Sequence record: SRR20825006_1644
Length of the DNA: 53,680 bases
Direction: 5' to 3' (one strand)
The notes below the pieces were generated by a model. It saw only the letters and a list, made by a program, of their open reading frames with translations, did no database searches and was not told where the DNA came from. A program made the translations under genes and the position numbers. How positions within the stretch are numbered: position 1 is the first letter of the stretch; each line of letters opens with the position of its first letter. This document shows positions 20,336 through 26,792 of the stretch, in pieces.

Positions 20336-21402
20336 GGTTCAATATTCCAGCGGATTGGTCCGAGTTGCTGCCTGGGCAGGACCATTACCGTGTAAGGTGA
20401 GCTTGTCATTTCAGGGCAGCTTGTAGGCGGTGTTGCCGAGCTGTCGTCACAGCGGGTACTGACGATGTAATAACCTGCGGGCAATTTATCTGAAAACGCG
20501 GTTGAGGATGAGACAGCAACGGTATATTCATATATACCCCGTGCAGGAATGCTTGAACCCGGGGGGGTAAAAGTAAAATCACTGGCGTAGGCATTGGGAT
20601 CACCACTGCTTTTTGCCAACGTAACTGTCCACTCAAGACTGTTATCGAGATTTGATATGGCACTTGCTGCAGAGGTATTAACAAATCGAATATTGAAGCT
20701 ACTGGGGGCAAGCCAGTCATCTGCCACAATCAAATCGTCATTTCCCAAGGGCGGGTAGTCGTCGGCGGTAGAGCTCAGATCATAGCCGTCGCTGTAGAGA
20801 TAAAATATTTCTGCAGGTGGGTTAATCGGTGCAGTAATGGGTGCCGAATATTCGGTACCCGATTCAGCCAGTGTGACGGCCCAGCCATAATTGGGATCTG
20901 TCGGGTTGTTGCCATTCTGATAACCGTCTCTGAAACGTCGAACACCATCCTGCTCTGGATTAGTCTGGATATACGGACCATACCAGCCTGTGCGGACACC
21001 ACTTGCTGTGACTGTGGGCTTCAGCAATTCCAGCGATTCATCACAGGGCGAAATGTAAAAGCCGGGAGAGCTGGCGCTCAGAGTGAGATCAAAGGGCGAT
21101 GCGACAAGCTCTGCCAGACAATAGGGCAATCTGCCATTATCAACGACAAAGCCCGCCAATTCCGGCTGACCATTCACGACACGCTCCGTACTACGGATAA
21201 TCGCATCACGGATTATTGCCTGTCGACGCTGCGTTTCATTGAAATAGGCCTCATCCTGCTGACCTTCGGTGAACAATAAGCCAGCAGAGGCCAGAAGCCC
21301 CATCAGAAAAAGAACCAGAACTAACTCAAGTAGAGTAAAACCTTTTTGATAAGCTTGATTGAAATATCGCATGCGAGTCCTTTCAATCAGCGCATCAGGC
21401 AC
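20332..21402 (-). CDS. Large minor pilin/pseudopilin
   Basis: Class III signal QKG/FTLLELVLVLFLMGLLA; GWYGPYI motif. Confidence 0.85.
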   Translation of the reverse strand: MPDALIERTRMRYFNQAYQKGFTLLELVLVLFLMGLLASAGLLFTEGQQDEAYFNETQRRQAIIRDAIIRSTERVVNGQPELAGFVVDNGRLPYCLAELVASPFDLTLSASSPGFYISPCDESLELLKPTVTASGVRTGWYGPYIQTNPEQDGVRRFRDGYQNGNNPTDPNYGWAVTLAESGTEYSAPITAPINPPAEIFYLYSDGYDLSSTADDYPPLGNDDLIVADDWLAPSSFNIRFVNTSAASAISNLDNSLEWTVTLAKSSGDPNAYASDFTFTPPGSSIPARGIYEYTVAVSSSTAFSDKLPAGYYIVSTRCDDSSATPPTSCPEMTSSPYTVMVLPRQQLGPIRWNIEP

Positions 21403-22223
21403 AGGATAAGGTCATCGCCTTCGGCGATGCAGGGGTCATTGCCAGTGACCGGGTTGGCATCGTAATCAGGATCAATAACACCATCAGGGCCGGGGCTGAT
21501 AATCCGGGCAGTATCGGCTGGCAGAATATGATCAGCTGCTACAAATCCAGCATCTGAAGGCGTGAGACACTCATACAAATCACCGGTAACGTCATAGTTA
21601 TCACCGCCGCTGTTGACCAGGCATCGATAACGCGCACCATAAGTCAGTTCCGGGGCCAGCAGGATATAAGCATTTCCCCAGCTGTCAGTCAGCCCCTCTT
21701 TACTGATATATGCGCCATTCCAGCCTTGCTGCGTGCTGCTATTCCAGAGCAGGAAATCAAACGCTGCAATGTCGAAGGGAAATTGATTAAGCATCACCAG
21801 TGCGTTGGAGGCAACAGGTTCACCTGCACTATTGTTATAGTCTTCCTGACACCAATCCTGCCATGCGGCGGCATCTGACGGAACGGGCGTTAGATCAAAC
21901 CCGCTAGTAAAGTCGATGTGATTTTCATGGGCGTTAACGTCGTTGACGGTATTTGGACTGAAATCACCCTGGCGATAGACCATGCAGGGCAACTCACGAT
22001 TGTCACGACGAAACTGTAATAAGGCCTTTTGCAGCTCTGCCATTTCCAGTCGAGTCACATTCTCCCGGGCCTGGTCTTCATTGCCATCAAAAGCATTAAT
22101 AGCGGCAATACTGACGATACCCAGCAAAACGATGACAAGCAGAATTTCGACCAGTGTGAAACCGGTCTGATAACTAGATGAGAAATTTGCTTTGTTTGGT
22201 CGGTCAAACAATAAAAACCACAT
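21387..22223 (-). CDS. GspG-like pseudopilin with insertions
   Basis: QTG/FTLVEILLVIVLLGIV; GspG-type WNGAYI..DSWGNAY, SPGPDG and terminal GDDL. Confidence 0.85.
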   Translation of the reverse strand: MWFLLFDRPNKANFSSSYQTGFTLVEILLVIVLLGIVSIAAINAFDGNEDQARENVTRLEMAELQKALLQFRRDNRELPCMVYRQGDFSPNTVNDVNAHENHIDFTSGFDLTPVPSDAAAWQDWCQEDYNNSAGEPVASNALVMLNQFPFDIAAFDFLLWNSSTQQGWNGAYISKEGLTDSWGNAYILLAPELTYGARYRCLVNSGGDNYDVTGDLYECLTPSDAGFVAADHILPADTARIISPGPDGVIDPDYDANPVTGNDPCIAEGDDLILCLMR

Positions 22224-22348
22224 TTACTTGTTCCCGATAATAATTTTATTCAGTGACGTGTAACGCACACCCTCTTCAACGCTGCATATCATCCTGTTCA
22301 TACAAAACGTTCTGGCAATAAGATTTATTGACGCAACGTTCTAAGATT

Positions 22349-22374
22349 AAGAAAGGGCGGGCAAAGCCCGCCCC
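22349..22374 (-). terminator. Intrinsic terminator/attenuator after the major pilin
   Basis: Minus strand GGGCGGGC-TTT-GCCCGCCC-TTTCTT. Confidence 0.8.
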
Positions 22375-22397
22375 TGTTATGGCATCTCTATGCGAGA

Positions 22398-23399
22398 TTA
22401 TTGCTGAGCTTCAGACACCAGTTGGTCGATGTTTTTACCATCAGGAGAGACGATAGCAATCAGACGAATAGTTTCATTCCACTGCATTTCGTTTACATCA
22501 AAGTTAAATTCACCAGCTTGGAACAGACCGATGTAACGCGAATAGTGAGTTTCTGGGTTAACTTCAGTGTCTTCATCACCAGTGTTTCGTACATAAGTTG
22601 GTGATTGAGCGATTGCAACATTACTGAAAGTGGTAGATGCTGCAGCATCACCACCAAAGCCTAATGCAATCAGGACATGGCATTCGTCACCTTCTAATGC
22701 GTCACCATACTGGTTCTGCAGGTTGTTACCAGATACAGTCACAGTAGTATCAAATGCATTTGCTGGGTAATCTACCAGGGCAGTAGCTGCACCACCTGCT
22801 TGACAGTTGTCGTTAGGAACAACAGCAAATCTGGCAGGTAAATCACCATCCTCTATTTCGACCTCAGCAGAGTCACCGGTACTCTCGTTGTGGAAACGGT
22901 TTGGTGCTTGATCCCCATTTGGCGTGCCACCAGCGTTCACGACTTGCAGTTCTTCAATGCCAGACTCTTCAAGCATTTCGATCATTGCATCACCTTTACC
23001 GCTATCACCAGATACACCAGGTGTCCATGCAGCGAGGAAAGAATCCATGATTGGCGCTCTGAAAGTCAATTGTGAACCCGCAGAATCCACCAAATTATCC
23101 CATTGGTTAGGGTAAACATTTTCAACCGCACGATAAGTACGGATAGCACGGTCAATAGTCGCTGCGGCGTTACCGGCAGAGGCGGCTTCTGCTGACTGAC
23201 CCACATCTTCGTAGGCAATCAGCGCACCCGTGGCCAAAATGGCGATCAGGGTGATAACAACCAGCAGCTCCAACAGGGTGAAGCCTTTTTCTTTACCTTG
23301 CAGGCTTTGTGCTTTGTTACGCAGTTTTGCGTCTTTGATGACTGACAAATCCGCTTTACGGAATTTGGCAATCGCCGATTTCATTTGGTTAATATTCAT
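22398..23399 (-). CDS. Probable major pilin (large, acidic, long leader)
   Basis: EKG/FTLLELLVVITLIAILA class III signal after a 39-aa leader; first pilin of the cluster and followed by a terminator. Confidence 0.85.
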   Translation of the reverse strand: MNINQMKSAIAKFRKADLSVIKDAKLRNKAQSLQGKEKGFTLLELLVVITLIAILATGALIAYEDVGQSAEAASAGNAAATIDRAIRTYRAVENVYPNQWDNLVDSAGSQLTFRAPIMDSFLAAWTPGVSGDSGKGDAMIEMLEESGIEELQVVNAGGTPNGDQAPNRFHNESTGDSAEVEIEDGDLPARFAVVPNDNCQAGGAATALVDYPANAFDTTVTVSGNNLQNQYGDALEGDECHVLIALGFGGDAAASTTFSNVAIAQSPTYVRNTGDEDTEVNPETHYSRYIGLFQAGEFNFDVNEMQWNETIRLIAIVSPDGKNIDQLVSEAQQ

Positions 23400-23521
23400 T
23401 TATATCTCTCTCAGGGTTTGAGCCTCAGCCACCCCTAGCGGCCTGTTGGACATCGGGTTAAAAAGTTGTTTCAGGATGTGACCCGCTCACACTCTGTTGC
23501 CGTCCGGATTAATTATTTTTG

Positions 23522-23728
23522 TCAGGAAGCCGCTCCCTGCTCACCCGGGAAATCGATCACATAACGGTATTGTTTACCGCAATGCAAAATGACCTCTTTC
23601 TGACGGCGTTTAAGAATACGAACTTCAACACGAATATCGCCATAACCGTCATGCGCAAGAATATCGTCAACCAGTTCCAGCAGTTTGGCTTTAACAGGCT
23701 GTTGGTCAGTGTCGACTTTGGCATTCAT
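23522..23728 (-). CDS. 68-aa hypothetical protein leading the filament operon
   Basis: GGAGAG Shine-Dalgarno; helix then HDGYG then beta strands; first ORF after the boxed promoter. Confidence 0.7.
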   Translation of the reverse strand: MNAKVDTDQQPVKAKLLELVDDILAHDGYGDIRVEVRILKRRQKEVILHCGKQYRYVIDFPGEQGAAS

Positions 23729-23764
23729 GAAATGACTCTCTCCGCTTGAACTTCGTTGACAGTG

Positions 23765-23812
23765 ATAGTAGGCGAATCAGGAAGGCTTCCCTATAGGAAT
23801 AATTCCTGAAAT
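23765..23812 (-). promoter_or_regulatory. Filament-operon promoter: box (23794-23808) plus -10 TACTAT (23765-23770)
   Basis: TAGGAA-TAA-TTCCTG with a 23-nt gap to TACTAT on the minus strand; a second degenerate box CAGGAA-GGC-TTCCCT lies at 23778-23792. Confidence 0.7.
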
Positions 23813-23921
23813 TCAAAACCGCACTTTTCCGGCCGCATTCAGCACAGATTCCCATCGATAAAAGGCGATCCTGCTGTTTGCATAAGTAAGCTGGCTGTGT
23901 GCTGAAAACGGCATCGTGTGC

Positions 23922-25685
23922 TTATTCCGCTGGTTTATATGGATCCTGCAGAATAATCAGGATAGGCAGCAGCTGGTTCTGCTGTTTTTTAATGACCTGC
24001 GCCAATACAAAACGATGATAGACCTCGCGGTATTCCGGGAACTGCTTGATTGCCATACGAATCATCTTCTGCGCTTCAACCGGTTTATTATTCATCGCCA
24101 GCAGGTAGGCATGGGTATAGGTTTCAACACGACCCGGCCAGTTTTCAATGACTTGCTGGCTGATAATTAGCTTATCTTTCAACAGCCCCGGCTGGTTGGG
24201 CAGTACTCGGACCAGGAAATTATCAGCAACCGGGGTAAAGACCGAGGTTTCCCTGAGCTGGTAGAGCTTTTCAAGGTTTTTATCGATTTCCGACTGCGGC
24301 AAACCTTCTTCACGTAATGACGTAAGCGTGGTTTCCAGCTGATGGTAGTTGGTCTGCAAACTGCCCAGAGACCAGACGGCAAAGATAAATATCACCAGAA
24401 AGAAAACCGGTGCCAGATTAAACCGGACCTGAAGCGGACGCTCAGAACCCAGGCCCAATAGCAGGCTGGCTATCGCCAGGAAGGTCATGTACCACAGTGG
24501 ATACTCCAGCATGCTGTGAATGCCGATTACCGACAACAGTGCCAGCAGCCACCAACGCTCGGCCGTCATTTGGCTCTGAAACTGCTCTCTGAACCAGTAC
24601 AGCATACCGATCGTCAGAATCAGCGCGCCGACGATGCCGGTTTCTGCAAGCAACTGCAGAATCAGATTATGGGCATGGTGCCAGAGTCCTTTCAGGGACG
24701 GATAGGATTCGGTAATGGAAAAGTTATACCAGGAGAACTCTGCCCAGCCGGCGCCAAGCCAAGAGTGCTGTTTGAATAAAAGCCAGGCTTGCTCAATCAG
24801 GATTAAACGGCTCGACTCGCTGCCCATGGTCTGCACCAGGCGTTCTGCAGGCATTTTGGCGGGTTCCAGAAAGGCAAGCAGCGGAACGATGAACTGGGCA
24901 GCGATAAAGCCCGGAATCAACCAGAGCAGCATGATCGGTTTTATCGCTGTTGGCTGATTGTATGAAAACGTTCTGGCTAGTAACCAGCCGCCTACAGAGA
25001 GTAATGCCACATAAAGGATAGCCATCCGCTGACCACCCTGGGCAAAGCCTATCAGAATCAGGGCGCTGATCAGGACAGTGATGACGGTATTGATCCGCCC
25101 AGTGAGCCGGAGGTATAGCAGTGAAGCCAGCCCCAGCGCGAGATAGTTGGAAAAATGGTTAGCCTGGCCGATATTGCCGGATTTGCCACCCAGTATCCAT
25201 TTGGCAAACACACTCTCATCAGGAAGAAGTTTGCCAATAGGCAGCAGAATCATGATGAGCGTAGCACCCACCACAAAAGCCCAGGCAATCGTCGGTACGA
25301 TTCTTTCCAATGACAGAGAGTGCTTTAGGTTGGCGGCAAGAATCATCAGTAATGCTGTCATCCCGAGATAAAGCATAGCGACAAATTGATTCTGCCAGTA
25401 ATCCGGCACTCCAAGGGCTACCTGTAAACCCAGAACGACAATTAAGCCCAGTGGAACAAAAGTTACTGGCGGGATTTGAAGTTTTTCCTGTCTGTGACCA
25501 ATTAAAAAAAGGCTGGCGAATACCGCCAGTAATGCGGCAAACCACTCGTTGTAAAAACTGGCTATCGGTGGCATGTGATACGGGGACAAGAACGGCACCA
25601 CACACATCAATGCCAGCATGAAAATACTGAAACTGGCAATGAGTGAACGTGGTTTATCGTCGTAGGAAGTTGCTGCTGCCGTCAT
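23922..25685 (-). CDS. pglL: PglL-family O-oligosaccharyltransferase (pilin glycosylation ligase)
   Basis: Multi-TM protein; GNIGQANHFSNYL, Wzy_C HAHNLILQLLAETG and HSMLEYPLWY signatures. Confidence 0.85.
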   Translation of the reverse strand: MTAAATSYDDKPRSLIASFSIFMLALMCVVPFLSPYHMPPIASFYNEWFAALLAVFASLFLIGHRQEKLQIPPVTFVPLGLIVVLGLQVALGVPDYWQNQFVAMLYLGMTALLMILAANLKHSLSLERIVPTIAWAFVVGATLIMILLPIGKLLPDESVFAKWILGGKSGNIGQANHFSNYLALGLASLLYLRLTGRINTVITVLISALILIGFAQGGQRMAILYVALLSVGGWLLARTFSYNQPTAIKPIMLLWLIPGFIAAQFIVPLLAFLEPAKMPAERLVQTMGSESSRLILIEQAWLLFKQHSWLGAGWAEFSWYNFSITESYPSLKGLWHHAHNLILQLLAETGIVGALILTIGMLYWFREQFQSQMTAERWWLLALLSVIGIHSMLEYPLWYMTFLAIASLLLGLGSERPLQVRFNLAPVFFLVIFIFAVWSLGSLQTNYHQLETTLTSLREEGLPQSEIDKNLEKLYQLRETSVFTPVADNFLVRVLPNQPGLLKDKLIISQQVIENWPGRVETYTHAYLLAMNNKPVEAQKMIRMAIKQFPEYREVYHRFVLAQVIKKQQNQLLPILIILQDPYKPAE

Positions 25686-25721
25686 TGACTGATTCCCGCT
25701 GGGTAGTTTGAAAATCAGTCA

Positions 25722-25765
25722 ATCTTAGTGAGGCAATGACAAACAGGCACTAGGAAAAAATCCTA
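25722..25765 (-). promoter_or_regulatory. pglL promoter: box (25751-25765) plus -10 TAAGAT (25722-25727)
   Basis: TAGGAA-AAA-ATCCTA with a 23-nt gap to minus-strand TAAGAT. Confidence 0.65.
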
Positions 25766-25804
25766 TTTTGCTGCTTGTTCAAGTTCACATTATTGGGATG
25801 TTGG

Positions 25805-25820
25805 TGTGATCTGTCTCACA
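25805..25820. promoter_or_regulatory. CRP/Vfr-type site
   Basis: TGTGA-TCTGTC-TCACA, a perfect match to TGTGA-N6-TCACA. Confidence 0.6.
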
Positions 25821-25843
25821 ATTCCTTTTTGAACATGAACTAG

Positions 25844-25891
25844 ATTTCAGGAATTATTCCTATAGGTCTTCGGGGGTTATGGGGAAATAAT
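25844..25891 (+). promoter_or_regulatory. Plus-strand promoter: box (25848-25862) plus -10-like AATAAT (25886-25891)
   Basis: CAGGAA-TTA-TTCCTA with a 23-nt gap to AATAAT; 25844-25866 is the exact reverse complement of 23790-23812. Confidence 0.6.
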
Positions 25892-25896
25892 GAGAA

Positions 25897-26002
25897 TGAG
25901 ATTACTTAATAATCTCGCATTACTCGTCTGTCATGATGACAGCCCCTTAGAGGTCGGCTCTTGACTCTCACTGTGGGTGGCTAGCCACCCACAGTTATTT
26001 TT
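25897..26002 (+). ncRNA. Candidate ~105-nt small RNA (or short-peptide transcript)
   Basis: Boxed promoter upstream, several hairpins, and a terminator whose T-tail is on the plus strand where no gene is annotated. The 5' end is estimated. Confidence 0.55.
25970..26002 (+). terminator. Intrinsic terminator, plus-strand polarity
   Basis: ACTGTGGGTGG-CTAG-CCACCCACAGT followed by TATTTTT. Confidence 0.75.
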
Positions 26003-26332
26003 CTAGAACATGCCAAGCTGCAATTGCGCGGCTTCGCTCATCATGTCTTTGGTCCATTGCGGTTCCCAGACTAGTTCTACATGGGCTTTTTGAACGCCTG
26101 GGACCGACATCACGCGTGATTCAACATCACCCGGGAAAGATTGCGCTACCGGGCAGCCGGGCGCGGTCAGTGTCATATCGATATGGACATTGCCGGAGTT
26201 GCTGACTTCGATATTGTAGATCAGCCCGAGTTCATAGATGTTCACCGGAATTTCCGGGTCGTAGACGGTTTTAAGCACCTCAATCACATCTTCTTTAAGC
26301 TGTTCCGGGCTGACTTGGTATTGATCATTCAT
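26003..26332 (-). CDS. sufT: SUF Fe-S assembly protein (DUF59/SufT)
   Basis: VYDPEIPVNIYELGLIY, MTLTAPGCP and LVWEPQW motifs. Confidence 0.9.
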   Translation of the reverse strand: MNDQYQVSPEQLKEDVIEVLKTVYDPEIPVNIYELGLIYNIEVSNSGNVHIDMTLTAPGCPVAQSFPGDVESRVMSVPGVQKAHVELVWEPQWTKDMMSEAAQLQLGMF

Positions 26333-26345
26333 AAATCTGCCCTGC

Positions 26346-26792
26346 TTACTCTGTAGTTATCGAAACGTCATGATCGCTGTCCATGGCGGCATGCACGGTG
26401 TGCCATGACAAAGTGGCGCATTTGACCCGTGCCGGAAATTCCTTGACGCCGGCCAGCACTTCCAGTTTGCCGGAGAGCTCACCGCCCTCAGCTTCACCAG
26501 TCAGCGCTTTATGAACGTTGTCATAAAGCTTTTCCGCTTCTTCCATGGTTTTGCCTTTCAGAATCTCGGTCATCAATGACGCCGAAGCCACTGAAATCGC
26601 GCAGCCACTGCCCTGAAAGCTGACATCTTCGATCACACCGTCTTTCAGTTTGGCGTAGACCACCAGTGCATCACCACAAAGCGGGTTATTGCCATGCGCC
26701 ATATGATTGGCGTCAGCGATCTCGCGGAAATTACGCGGATTTTTCTTGTGATCCATGATCACTTGTTGATAGAGATCTCTTAAATCACTCAT
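26346..26792 (-). CDS. sufU: SufU/NifU-type sulfur-transfer protein
   Basis: LYQQVIMDH, NPLCGD, GCAISVASAS and RVKCATL motifs. Confidence 0.92.
   Translation of the reverse strand: MSDLRDLYQQVIMDHKKNPRNFREIADANHMAHGNNPLCGDALVVYAKLKDGVIEDVSFQGSGCAISVASASLMTEILKGKTMEEAEKLYDNVHKALTGEAEGGELSGKLEVLAGVKEFPARVKCATLSWHTVHAAMDSDHDVSITTE

Noticed and set aside
23477-23491. TGTGA-CCCGC-TCACA upstream of the major pilin as a CRP site
   Set aside because: The spacer is 5 nt rather than the required 6; more likely a small RNA hairpin.
23790-25866. Perfect 23-bp inverted repeats flanking pglL, read as an invertible segment or transposon ends
   Set aside because: No recombinase or transposase is in the window. 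Each repeat is internally palindromic, recurs in degenerate form at 7859 and 25751, and keeps a fixed spacing to -10 elements, so regulator sites explain them better. Long reads showing both orientations would revive the idea.
25886-25904. Fur-box-like AATAATGAGAATGAGATTA, suggesting a RyhB/PrrF-type iron sRNA beside suf
   Set aside because: Only about 12 of 19 positions match and the right half is poor; the sequence is explained by the -10 and first hairpin. Not fully excluded.
25890-25964. 24-aa ORF as a PqqA or other RiPP precursor
   Set aside because: It lacks the PqqA E-x-x-x-Y motif and no maturation enzymes are nearby; kept only as an alternative reading of the sRNA.
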